In this document: positions 11,022-23,254 of the stretch, piece by piece
How the letters are laid out: each line of letters opens with the position of its first letter
How positions within the stretch are numbered: the first letter of the stretch is position 1
Source: Marsupella aquatica
Lineage: Eukaryota; Plantae; Marchantiophyta
Reading direction: 5' to 3'
Assembly (NCBI GenBank): GCA_973895155.1
Contig: OZ316897.1
Span: 10,563,832-10,627,831, forward strand
Length of the DNA stretch: 64,000 nucleotides
Notes under the pieces: model-generated
Databases searched by the model: none
What the model saw: the letters and a program-made list of their open reading frames with translations, nothing else
What the model was told of the DNA's origin: nothing
Made by a program: the position numbers and the translations under genes

Positions 11022-13385
11022 TTAAATAGTCTTAATCAGAGTGGGACCACGGATCCGATCATATCGGCTTTTGATAACAACTGGCAACATCACCAGAATT
11101 GCCATGAAAGACATCGTTGCAATGGTCCAGAAATCGTACAAGTCACTTAAAGAATTGATTTTCGACAAAATCCCGCCTGCCTTTACTCCGACAATACTAG
11201 CAGGAGTCAAACCCACAGTGGTGCCAATGACAAAGTCCCTACAAGATGCAAAATAGTTTTCATTAGTCAGACCACAAAAATTACGTCTCTAGAACTCTAA
11301 CATTCAATTGTATAAATGGTCTGTAAGACTTCACTTTGGCCTATCTCACAAACAACTCCAAGGCTATTGAGTCACTCTTCTTGTACACGGCGACAATTCC
11401 CAACGATGATTTCAAGCTTCAGGATCCTCTATGATTCTGTCGAAATGACTCAATGAATTCCAGCTGAGCTTTGCAAGCATGTCAGAACGGAAATTGTCAA
11501 TTGGTCTTGTTTCAAGATTTTCCCTGAGCTTCTGGTTCCCCATGTAAACTGCAGAATAATTTATTTTCTTTGCACAGTAGGCTAACGCTCAAGTCTCTCC
11601 ATCGAAGTACATTAAGCTGACGCATGATTGTCTTTTAAAGTGCAAATAAAAAGATAGGTGACATCCTGTGTTGGGAAGCCTATGGCTGATCGGTAGTAAT
11701 AATATTTAAACATAGACCAATAAATAGTTCTTAGAATAGAGAAGGCAGAACAAATCAGGAATCCAGCACCGGATGAATTGCAGCATACCTGTATGGGACA
11801 CCTACGAGTGGTGACGCTACATTGATGAACCAGTTTGGCAGAATGGGAGTGAGTCGGATGAAGAGCATATAATTAAGCATGTGGTGACGGTGGCGGTGCA
11901 CTTCACGTGCCATCCACTCGCAACGCTCTGGAAAGTAATAGTATACAATCTCTTTCAAAATGTAGTTTGATAGACAATAACACATCGATGAGCCCACTGC
12001 TGCAAGCATCTGATGTGAGAGAAGAGTCAGTTTCATACGGATCGTAACATTGCAACCGTTCTTTCCCAATTTCAGGTCTAAAAGTACCCCAAGGAAACGA
12101 ATACTGTGATTTATTTATCCCAGACAGACTCAACACTCAAATTTAGAAACATACCGTTGATCTTTCCTGTTTATTAAAGAGAGGGATTGAATCCATATTG
12201 ATGAGAACCCACAATTCCACTGGGCAACGAAGCTATGAAAAGAACACCCTACACACTGCCTGGCATGCAACCCAACCACACAGAATATGCCGCTCATTTG
12301 TGTTGATACACATTCCAGCCAAGCATCATCAAGGTACAGAAGAGAGTAGATTACTAAAGCTGCTTCACACATTTCTTCAGTATTTCTTGAATATGGTTGG
12401 GATCTTGTTTCAGAGCTCTCATGCTGGTCGTAGAAACAAAAAAGTTTTACTGTTCACTCTCTTAACAAACTTTCAGTATCTCTCAAGTATGTTATACAAA
12501 GGTGCGTAATTGCATGAACATAATGGCAGTTCGACAATGTGCTGCTCCTTGTAGGGTTACAAGATCAGTCTCAAAATCAGAAGCACACCAAAAATCCAAC
12601 AGACTGGTCTGCGTCATCCCGACTATCGCTCTCGATGAAGTTATTGATGAATTAACTAATCCCCAAGCCAAACGTCAACACAGCAAAATGAAGGAACTCT
12701 GTCGCCCACAAAGAAAGGAACTCAAGGCCAAAGCTCAAAACTCAATAACCATTCGAAGGAAAGAGACGAGAGAGATTACCAGAACGAGAAATAAAGCCTC
12801 ATAAAATCCGTAAAGCGATCCCGCCAAAATGTTAATGAAGATGGAGCCCGGAATGACGAAGGTTTGGAGAAACAGATAGAGGCAAATTATGCCCACTTGC
12901 ACCTGCCGTCTATGTTCCTTCTGATACACTTCCAGCACTTGTCTGATCACCTTCAATTCCTCGAGGTTCGTCGGAAACCTAAACAAAAACTCTTTCGTGA
13001 TCTTCTCAGCATCCGTGACATCGTCTGCCTTAATATCCTCGGACACCACCCCGACGCCATTGATCTTCGGCAGAGAATGGAACAGAGCAAAAATCATGGC
13101 GAACGAGACACTGAAGATAATCGCCAAGATGAGAAGCTTCCGTATCCACAAAAACTTGTTGATTCGCGTCTCCTTCAAGCTCGAGAGCAGTTCTGAACCT
13201 AGCGACGCGTCGGGGTACATGGAACTGGAATCGTCCTTGTAAATGGACGCAGAGTCTCTCGCGTAGAGAGGAGCTGGGTTCCCATAGATGGAGAACGTCT
13301 CCTCCTCGATGTCAGTCCCCACGCCGTGAGCCCCCAGCTCGACATCCCCGCGCGCATCTCTGAAATAAACCCCATTCAAGCGCAT
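11022..13385 (-). CDS. TMEM41B-like / SNARE-associated Golgi (VTT/DedA domain) membrane protein; exons 13385-12780, 12009-11789, 11238-11022
   Basis: Motifs LYLFLQTFVIPGSIFINILAGSLYG, YMLFIRLTPILPNWFINVASP and FVIGTTVGLTP..VKAG. Both introns are GT-AG and preserve the frame. Confidence 0.9.
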
Positions 13386-13689
13386 TGTGAGAAAGTCTAT
13401 CCAGAGAACATCAATCAGGACAAGTCAGGTCGTCGCCATAATAGGCAACGGATAGACAACTAGAGTACAAGGTTTCCGGTTGGCTTCCAAGGTCGTCCTT
13501 CTCACGATGGATTTCACGGCAGACATCTCCAATCGTGGCTGCCGGACTATAGTGAGATTAACGGAAAGCTCATCATGGATCTTCCCACCCCACACCACCG
13601 ATGCAAGCGTTGCCTGCCGGCCTACATCAGAGAATGTGCCCCAGAATGTGGGCTCGTGCTTAACAGGAAGGTAATAACGGAGAGACAGT

Positions 13690-14130
13690 GCCTTCCCTGC
13701 CGAGACATGGGAATATATCCGTACTCCTAGACTTTTACATTGGCACAAAGAACATAGCGTTACGGAAGTATCAGCACGGGACGGATGCGAGGATGACTTG
13801 TGCAACGTCTCTCTTCGGGAGGAAGATGCACATCACACCATATGTGGCAACAGAGGGCTTCCCATCTGGTGTGAATTATAATGTGAAGCCGCCGCTCATC
13901 CAAGGTTTTCACGGCGCCAGGAACTGAGAACGTGAGGAAATGCTGCAAGCCAGATTCTATCGTAGCAGAAATCTTCCACATGGAGAAAGGCGGTGCCTTT
14001 CATACGGCCAGGAAGTGGAGAAATGAGAAAATGCTGCGAAGCCAGATACTACTGTGGCCCACGTCATCCACCACCCCTTGGAGACCTGGAATTCTATCGT
14101 TCACAGCAATATCGACGGCCTTGAATTAGA
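13690..14130 (+). mobile_element. Possible LINE C-terminal (zf-RVT-like) remnant
   Basis: Degenerate W....P....W, DDLCNVSLREEDAHHTICG and WRNEK spacing reminiscent of non-LTR ORF2 ends; weak. Confidence 0.3.
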
Positions 14131-14335
14131 TCTCTACGAAATCTGAAGTCAAACTTCCCTTCGACTGACACCTACAGCATTGTGAAACAGCGAGGAAATG
14201 AGGACAAGAGGAAATATAGCAAAGTCAGGTACTAGTAACACTGACGTCTTCCAAAACCTTGTTCAAGATGCTCATGCCTGACTGAGTTCTCGAGACCCTG
14301 GTATCTATCTATAGAGCTCAACATCAACGGTGGCC

Positions 14336-15100
14336 TCAGATCAGATCTGACGATATCTGGAAGAACGATTTGCTCTTCGTAGTTGCCCGCTTAATGAGTA
14401 GGCAAACGGCCAGGAAATGTCGTAAAGCCAGCAGGTGGCCGCTTTCTTCCGTTTGCACTGACCCCATTGTCTCAGACATGCACAACTTCAAGAGTTGTGG
14501 ATGTCTGTCATCTACGGGACCAGCGACGACCTCCGCATTGGGGCAAGGCTGAAAAGATTTCCACAACAAATTGAAGAAGCAAATTTCCCTGAATAATCGG
14601 AGGCCTAGGGACTCGCCAAAGCGTCCCTCTGCCCTGCATCTTTGTTTAATTTGGTCAAGCTGTTTGACTGTCTCCGGAAGCCGTGTGTATGTATCATCTG
14701 CGGCAACGATGACGGCCGTTTGGGGTTTTGTGCACCGCACTTTCGAGGCGTGTTCGAGTGGCTTTTTACACGAACTGAACAGATCTGACAACATTTTAGA
14801 CGCTCTGGGCAGATCTGACATTTTAAAGGGATAGTCCTTTCTGCATAGCTGGCCACCCTAATGAGACCCTCAGCAGGTCTACAAGCCTAGAGCACAAGCT
14901 TGTTGATTCAATGACGAGTACCGACTCTAGGAGCCTATATACCTGTCATTGTCTGCATAGTTGGCAACCATGATGAGATGCTAAGTCGAGATGAGGTCAA
15001 TTATAGACCAACTAGAACCAATTGGATCATGCTTTGACTGATCAAGAACCCCTGGTACCTGTAGCCTTAGGAAGTCTCCCCTTAAACCCCAAATAGATTG
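14336..15100 (-). mobile_element. Possible LINE reverse-transcriptase remnant
   Basis: VIVAADDT...LDQIKQ...RFGESLGLRL resembles the non-LTR RT (F/Y)ADDT...F...SGL.IN region; heavily decayed. Confidence 0.4.
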
Positions 15101-17035
15101 CGGTGCACGTCAAGAAGTAGGATTCTTGGATCCAGTGAAGGATTCAGTGGCCAGATGAAGAGACGGGAACTAGCAAACCCACATAATGATCCCCGAAATG
15201 CAAATTTCAGAACTGGTGAGTTACGCAACATCAATCACAGGTTGAGGGGAGCCTCCAGATGGATCGACCCAATATAAGTTGAAATTTCAAAAAAAACAGA
15301 TGGAAAGAAATGCGAGATGAATAACATAATTATCCCGTAGGATTTCGAACGCTAAACCAGATTAAAGATAGTTAGGTTGGCTCCAGATTGATCCATCCAA
15401 AAGTCGGAATCTCCACTTCAGCATCTTACCAACTTCAAAATTTCAAAAAATGAAACTGAAAACCCATTCGAGAAAATGACCGAAGAAACAAAATAGGTCG
15501 CTCAATTGGTATCTTACAGATGCGTGATGCCAACGTCGTGGTGGACAGGGAGCGATCCCGACTCGTGACCTACGAGCGGTGACCGCTGCATTGTATCGTG
15601 AAAGCGCTGCAGTGACCACAATTGTCATCCATTCATGCTCTGCCCTCTTGATGCAACTGCTCAGTAATGAAACACTCCTTCCTGGATCTACTCTGATTTT
15701 CTCTCCTTCCCACCCATCTGCACTCTTACTCTGTTCTCCTCCTCTGCTCCGAAGTCCTTCACTCTCCTCAAACTCGAAGGCTTTCACGATTGTCCTCCAA
15801 TTCCTCACACACCTCGTCGGTCCTGTTCCACTCCTCTTCCTTAGAAGTCCATTCTGTTCCCTGGCCTTTCCCCCGCAAACTCCTGCGCTTTGTGCTCCTC
15901 AACTACCTCAAATCCTCCTCTGTTTTCCTCCTCCTCCTCCAACTTCCCTTAAATCTCACCTCCTCCTCTTATTGCACCAGAAATTCCTGGCCATACCTGC
16001 CTCCCCCCTTGAGTACGACCGCCAATCGATCAACTAATCAATCCGCCAAAGCCACAAGCTAATCGATCGAGCACCAGCACACCTTCCATCAACCGGCCTG
16101 CCGATCTCCGAGACAAGCAAGTAAAGCCGTCCGCAATTCCACCACAGGAGAGGAAAATCAGTATCCAATCTCCCGATCAAGCTTGGGGAATTAGAACACA
16201 CTGGGGACTGGCGATCCACACGCACAGAGGCAATCTACACTCCAACCACGGCAATCGATCCTCTGCTTTGTCCCCACGGACGACGATCCCGCTGACCTGA
16301 GCTGCAGACCGGTCGATTACCAAGCCACTGCACTGCTGCTGCTGGACCAGTGTCGTGCGTTGGAGAGAGTCAAAAGCTGCGCCACCATTCCGCAAAAGCG
16401 GACCCACAATTCTCCATGAAACAGCAGCAGCAGCAGCAGCAGAGGACGCGGACGAGGAAGAGCGTCGCGGTCCTGCCGACGTACTTTTCTCGTTGCAAGG
16501 GAAGGAATTTGTGGGTCCAAACCAAAGGAATTGCTTTCCGCAGTTACACTACAGGGCTCCGGCCTTGACTCGGCTGGCGTTTGAATTCGTTTCTTCGCCT
16601 TGAACATTGACGAAATTCGATGACGATGGTGGCGCCGGACGGGTGTGGAGGGGATCACATTCTTCGTCGGCGGCTGTTGCAGAATGGGGGGTGCCGGGGT
16701 GGGGATTTTTACAGGGTCGCCGATGCGATACGAAGACTGCGGCGGTGTGAAGTGTGAAGACTGTGCCCATGGTGGTAATGCGCGTATGAGGCACTCTTCC
16801 GGCTGCGGCTGCGGCGGGGGCGGGAATCCGGATCCGCCATCAGCAAACAGTCGTCTTTCTCTCGAAATGCACAACTCCGTAAGTGACAACCCTGGATAAC
16901 TGCATTGGTCCCCTTCGTCCCGTTTTTCTTTTTCAGTTTTTTACTTTGTTTTTCCTTTTTCTGGTTTGTTTTGTTTTTTTTAATTTATTTTTAAAATAAG
17001 AAAATTTTAATTTGAAAGCGACGAAACGCGAGTTC

Positions 17036-17969
17036 AGTTTTTTACTAACCTATCCCCAAACCTAACCGTAATTATCAACCTGTCCCCAATACAAGTTATT
17101 TTAATTTCTAAGTAGATTCTTCCAATATAAGTTACTCTAACTTTTGTATTTAACCTAAGGTGGTTCTGCATTGGTCACCTGCCATGTGGCAATGTGATAT
17201 TGACTACACCAAACTCCGGCCAGTTGGGTTGCTGATTTTACCTTGACCCGGGCAGACGCACTTCCCTTATGACAATTTAGGGAGTACCTGGCTAGCAAAG
17301 GGAAGGAAGGGGTGGCTCTGTGTCATGCTTGCCTTTGTAGGTAAGTCAGGCGGGAAGGAGGTCTAGGGGGTTGCCTTAGCACAAATGCGATGGAGCCAGC
17401 CCGGTACTCCCTAAATCATAAAAATGGGGAATGAGTCAGCCCAGGTTAGGGTAGAACTGTTACGGATTACTCTTAGTCTTGTGACTCATAAATTACGGCA
17501 CTTAGGCTAATCACAATTAGAGTTTTAACTGAGGTTAGGTTAGTCGGTGTGTGACCTTGTATATACCAGGGCTAGTGTAAGCCATTGGTGTGTGGTGCTT
17601 GCTCATTGTAATAGAGCAATTTGGGAAGAGAGAGAGCATGTGTGTTCGTCTACTCTTAAAGTAAAGTTTATGTGTTTGTGTGGACGTAGCCTTGAAGAAG
17701 AGGTGAACCACGTAGAGATTGTGTCGACTACGTGTGCATGGTATGAATAATGATTGGATTGTCATGAAGGAAGACTTCATAGTTCAACAAGAACCAGTCA
17801 GGGTTCTGCGTGGCAAATAGCACCTTGCCTTGTTGCAGGCGACCAATGTGGAACAACCTTGCGTTAAGTAGAGGAGTTAGAGTAACCAATATTTGAAAAG
17901 GGGAAAACAAACTTTGGCGGACAGGTTGATAATTAAGGTCAGTTTAGGGGATAGGTTAGGAAAGAGCTG
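17036..17969. mobile_element. Non-autonomous DNA transposon with ~200-bp degenerate TIRs and a nested smaller inverted-repeat element (~17232-17460)
   Basis: CAGTTTTTTACTAACCTATCCCCAAACCTAACCGTAATTATCAACCTGTCC is mirrored at 17918-17969. Inverted homology continues 17120-17230 vs 17785-17900. Inner IR ATTTAGGGAGTACC / GGTACTCCCTAAAT. Confidence 0.8.
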
Positions 17970-18957
17970 TCATGAACAACTGAAAAGCAGCACCAACCAT
18001 GACTCAAGAGTTTGGTAGCTATCATAATCAACTGAAAAGCAGCCCCAACTCTGAACATAATTTTACTATAAACGCACAAATGAAGTTTACTCTTAAGGGC
18101 CTAGGGTCTAGAGTGAAGCCTCTAGACAGTAACCCCAGTACAGACAAAAGTGATCATGAATCTCAATTAAAAAAAAATTAAATGAGGATGGATAAAACTG
18201 ATATTAACTTCAAATAAAGACAAAACTGCAACAGGGGTGGACAAAAAACACGGATGGGACAAAGATTAACAAAATAACATAGAAATATTATTGTGCAATA
18301 TTTTTTTCTTCATATTTGTTTACCTTTAAGGAATAGTTAATTGGGCTAGTTTCCATGAATAACAAAGATCAACAACTCAAGACTAGGTTGAAATCCTGAC
18401 AAGTCAGCTACTGTTTAATCTCTTTCATAATATACAGATAAAAATCTCCATCCCTAAAGATCTTTGATGTACAAAAACCCAAAATTTTCATCCCTGAAAA
18501 TTCCTATATGGTTCTAGTGAATGGTTTGGACCTGACTTTTTACATTTTCTTTAATTGGTTTGGTCAACACCCTATTACACTGACCAGAACTCGAAAGATG
18601 GTCTTCTGAAACTTCTTCTCTACTTTTACTAAGAATAGTGAAAATAACAAATCTTGTAGGTTAGTAGGTATATTATCCCCTGTTACCAGGCCATTATGGG
18701 CAATTATAGGGTGTTCATCCTGGTTAATGAAGGCTTTAGCCCAAGTCTGAGGGGGCATTCTGACCCAAGCCTATAGTCAGAATGTTTACTTAATATGTAA
18801 AATTGAGTAAGCTTGTGAAAGAAACAAAAAAGTCAAATCCCTGACAAAAGGTCATGCAGTAATGTGTAAAGAAAGAAGAAGAAGTCAAAATGTCAACATT
18901 TTATGTAGTTTTTGTTCTATGTGGTCAAACATCTATTTTTTGAGGTACATATGCCTA

Positions 18958-19320
18958 AATTGATGGGGCATAGCATAATTCACTCCTTAGAGCTAGGCGT
19001 GTATTGTAGAAAATAAATGTTCTAAAAATACACAGTCAAACCTGGCAAAATATTTTTCATATGTAGCAACATAACCGGGCATTTTGGGATTTTGGGCCAA
19101 AATACCTGGGGAAAATTAGGGCTTTAGCTCCATAAGTTTAGGGGTTAGTATATATTGCCCATAATGATTGATGGGGCATTGCTAATTCACTCCTTAGAGC
19201 AAGACGTGTATTGTAGAAAATAAATGTTCTACAAAATAAGAAGTCACAACTAGCAAGAGTATTTACAAAATAGTCTGTAACACTCTGGCAATACTAGGGC
19301 AATTTGGGCCAGAACACCCT
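18958..19320. repeat. Tandem duplication, ~208-bp period
   Basis: TTGATGGGGCAT..TAATTCACTCCTTAGAGC...GTGTATTGTAGAAAATAAATGTTCTA at ~18960 and ~19168. Confidence 0.8.
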
Positions 19321-22300
19321 GTGAGGGTTTTAGCTCGAGTTTTCAAGGGACTACTAGTTCCCATAATGCACTCATAACAGGGCATTAATACACTTCAGGG
19401 CCTACACAATTTTAAAATTTAAGTCACTTTTTTAGTAAAAGCATAGGAGAAGTTTCAGAATGCCCGTGTGCAAATATGGATTGTGCATTCTTCTCTACAT
19501 AGCAAGGAAAATTTCAACAAGGAAAATTCAAGAGAAAAAAATGACAAAGTGCAGTAAGTGGAAAGAGGGCTCCACTAATTGACAAAGATAGAAGTTCAAA
19601 ACCCTCTATGAAGGCTGAGTATAATTACCTCATCAGTTATCAGTCACTTCTATCCTGAAATCAATTGCCATGTTATCTTCAGGAGGCTGCCATGACAAAA
19701 ACACCGAAAAAAACCCAATTTTTTTCCCAAATTTGTGAAGGAAAATGATTACATGTAATATGATATGCTATTAATAATATGAAATGCCTCCAATTCCCAT
19801 GATCTCTCTCAAGCACAACTTTCACTTATTTCTGATTTTATATGATCTTTGTGTGAGTAATCATTATCAGATCTTGTAATCTTACCACTTGGGAGATCCA
19901 TGACTCTCCCAGTTCTTTGTGAAAACTAGCAAGGTTAGGGTGGGTTCCCACCAAGAGTTATTTTCTAGACTACATTTGTTAATTCAAAAGTTAACAGGTG
20001 CAGGATTCCTGCTGGCTCAACTGGCTGGCTCAGTTAAAAGTACTAGTTTAAATGTGTAACAATCCTTAGTTAGTGAGTGTTCGTGTGCGAGTACTTAACT
20101 TTGTGGTGACAATTTCCACCCTGTTTCAAAGTAGCATTCCTTGTTGTGGCGGGGTCAACCAGGTGGGGAGTGTCATCTGGGGAGTGTAGTGCTAAGTGGC
20201 ACGCTGAGTGTGTCATTCTGAGTGTGTCTCTCTGAGTGTCGTAGCTTGAAGATTCTGTAAGCATTGTGTAGTGAATTTGCAATGGCCAATGGTCCCACAG
20301 CTGCTACCTTTTCCATTCCTGGCTCTCAACAATAAGTGAGACCTCGAGCACAAAATTGGACCGAATCAGGTTAGGATTCCAAAGGGTAAACCTATGGATT
20401 TGCAATTGACATGCCCTAGAACTCACAGTTAGATCTATTGCGCCTCATGGATCAAAATCTTACCACAAAGTCCAGTGGGTCGTCTTCAACTTTCACACTG
20501 GAAGTGGAAGAGAACAACGCGACATTTTAATCTCCAATCTGTAAGGATTGTATTGAACTCTCGACACGTATGGGAGAGAGCCCCCTGAACTTTTCAATTT
20601 GCATTTATCTCGGGAGAGAGGAGCATTCATTTGTACTTCAGTGACACCATCTGTAGATTAAAATTTGAGGCTAAGACAAGAGATTACCTGCAGAATTGAA
20701 TTTATTGTCCGTGTATCGATTCGAGTGAAGACTGTAGACTCAATCTGTTGGTAGATCACACTCAGCACGTTAGGCCATCACGACAGAAAGTCACAAGTTC
20801 TCTATTGTAGAGAGAGTGACCAAGACAACTCTGTTAATGGCAAGCCTACAACTAATCTTTGTACGTGCAATTGTAGAAATAATCATCATAAATTCTATTT
20901 AGAAAAACATGGAGATGAAAATTGATTATAAATCGAGCTTTGTTCCCTTGCAATGGCTCCGCATGCAAAGTAGTCTCAAATCACAATTGAACATCAGTGT
21001 GCAATCTCCCTGATAACTACTCTTCTGACAATCTTGACTCTATTGGAGGCCATCGGTGAGGGGAGCCAATGGAGGATAGGCGGGAGAGCAAGCACCCAGT
21101 AAATTCACATTGAATGGATGGTAAATGCTCATAGTTTTCAACTCCCGTTTCAAATCCATTGAAACAACAAAGAATTTTTTATCTTGAAACTACTAACAAA
21201 GTTAGGCCAAAAATCTGGTTGGAACACTTAGTGAAAAGCCAACTTTCAAGAATTCATGATAGTGAACTCTTTGTCTACTAACTATCCCTAAGAGTGGGTG
21301 GGAACCTACCCTTTTTTCTTTTCTTTTCTAAAATGTTTTAAGGGAAAATTTGTGAAACCCCACAGAAAAGGAAGAGTCAGTCACAATAGTTGAACCCGAG
21401 ACCTATCAGTCTCTACTCAAGTGAACTATCACAAAATCATGCCTCTCTAGGCAGGTGAGAACCTACCCTTAGACTGTCTCATTGAAAAGATCTCTCCATG
21501 TTGCTTCTAAGGAGCTTAAGCCTAAAAACAAGCCTTCTATTTGATTCAATTGAATGTCATGAAATATATTGAAGGTCGGCTTTTGCTCTTAAAATGTTTT
21601 CAGAAATAAGATGGGTGTCACTAAGTGAAGGTGTAAAAGAGTGTGGGACTCCATGAGGGTGAATAGTTCATGGGCTCAATCCATCACAGCTTCAACTTCC
21701 TTGGAAGATTACATGAGTGTGAAATAATTTGGCAAACAAAGGGTCTAATTAAATGCGGGAAAACTATATTCGGATGGACCACTCCCAGGAACCTTTCAAC
21801 CCAAATGGACCACGTCACTTTTGACCCATAAATAATTTAGACTCATTAGACTTGTATGTAATGGAGAGGATGATAGATGTATCACCATTATGAGTGGTGG
21901 CATAGTGTATTGTACTACATAGGTTTAGAGGTTTGGTATGTGTGATATGTGAGCAGTTAGCATATATTTTGTGTTTGTGAGGGATAGTTATACATTTTTT
22001 AGGGCTTGAAAGGTTTTTTGATGTTGACCCTTTCAAACAAAGCTCTGATGGCTATTGTGTGCATGAAACATGGATTCCTCGAAGGGCAAAGTGCGTTTGG
22101 TTTGACATCCATGTGTGATTGCATCAGGCGGGATTGTGTGATTGATTGGTACCGATTGCTGTTCGATTGTTCTTGAATATTATTATGGGTTTTGGGCATG
22201 TGTGGGCATGAGTTCTTGTCACTTATACTCCATTCTCCTATGTTTGTGATGTTGGCCAGATTGTGATCATGCTTGGACGTGTGTAACAAGTGATGTATGT

Positions 22301-23254
22301 TGTGCAACGATATGTATACGCACAACATAGACCCAGAGCGGGTCACGAGCTAAAATTGAGTAATCATGAAATACGCCAAAAATTGACTCGTAATTTTTCC
22401 ATTACATTTTTTATAATCATTTTTTCAATACTTCTTTCATAAACTAGTCAAATTAACATGACTCCTGACATGAACTCTTATAATAGTTTTTTCAATTCTT
22501 TTGGATAAGTCAAAAGTCTGCAATTCTTTTGTATAAGTTAAAATAGGCATGTATTAGGATGAACATGCCATATAGTGAATTTGCGCAAAATCCTTGCTCA
22601 AGATTTGGGTGAAAAGCTCAAGCTTTCACAATTGCTTTATTCAACGTTCCAAGGGGCGAAACAGAGTAAGATCAGTCTCACCAGAACAAAACAGAATAGA
22701 AGCGAATGGAAACGGAAACGGAAACGAGAAAGATCGTTTTGGACTCGGGAGAAAGGTGGGGTTTCTGCAGCAAGGATTTTCAGACAGCTTTGTGATGCGT
22801 TGATTCCTTTCATTCGGCTCGGATTTCGCGTCAGTGAAGTTTCGCAATCATGTTGAGGTGTCTCCATGACTCGCGGGTGAGCTCGGGTTGGTGACGATGG
22901 GACCAGCAGCAGCGGCAGCGGGTGGCGAGAAGGACGCAGTCGGGCAAGTGTGCCACAGTGTAACGGACCTACGAGAAAGGAGTTTTACTCATGCAGGAGA
23001 GTCCAGATTGTTCGGCGTTGATCGACAACCGGCGCAATTCCTCTGCCTCCCCCCTCTGTCTCCGTCGTATCTCGTGGCGGTGCTGCTAGCTTGCCAGTAA
23101 AAGGTCTACAAACGATCCGGCTCCTTGCCATGAGTGTTGTTGCTGTTGTTGTTTCGGATTCGTCCTCAGCTGCAATTGCTGCTGATCGGGGATTCAGTTT
23201 TGGGACCTGCTGCAGCGGCTGTGTTTTCGTGTTGAGGTCATTTGAAGGCGGGAG

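Noticed and set aside
20290-21800. Possible retroelement internal region
   Set aside because: It looks like decayed coding DNA, but I could not identify a diagnostic motif, PBS or LTR pair.
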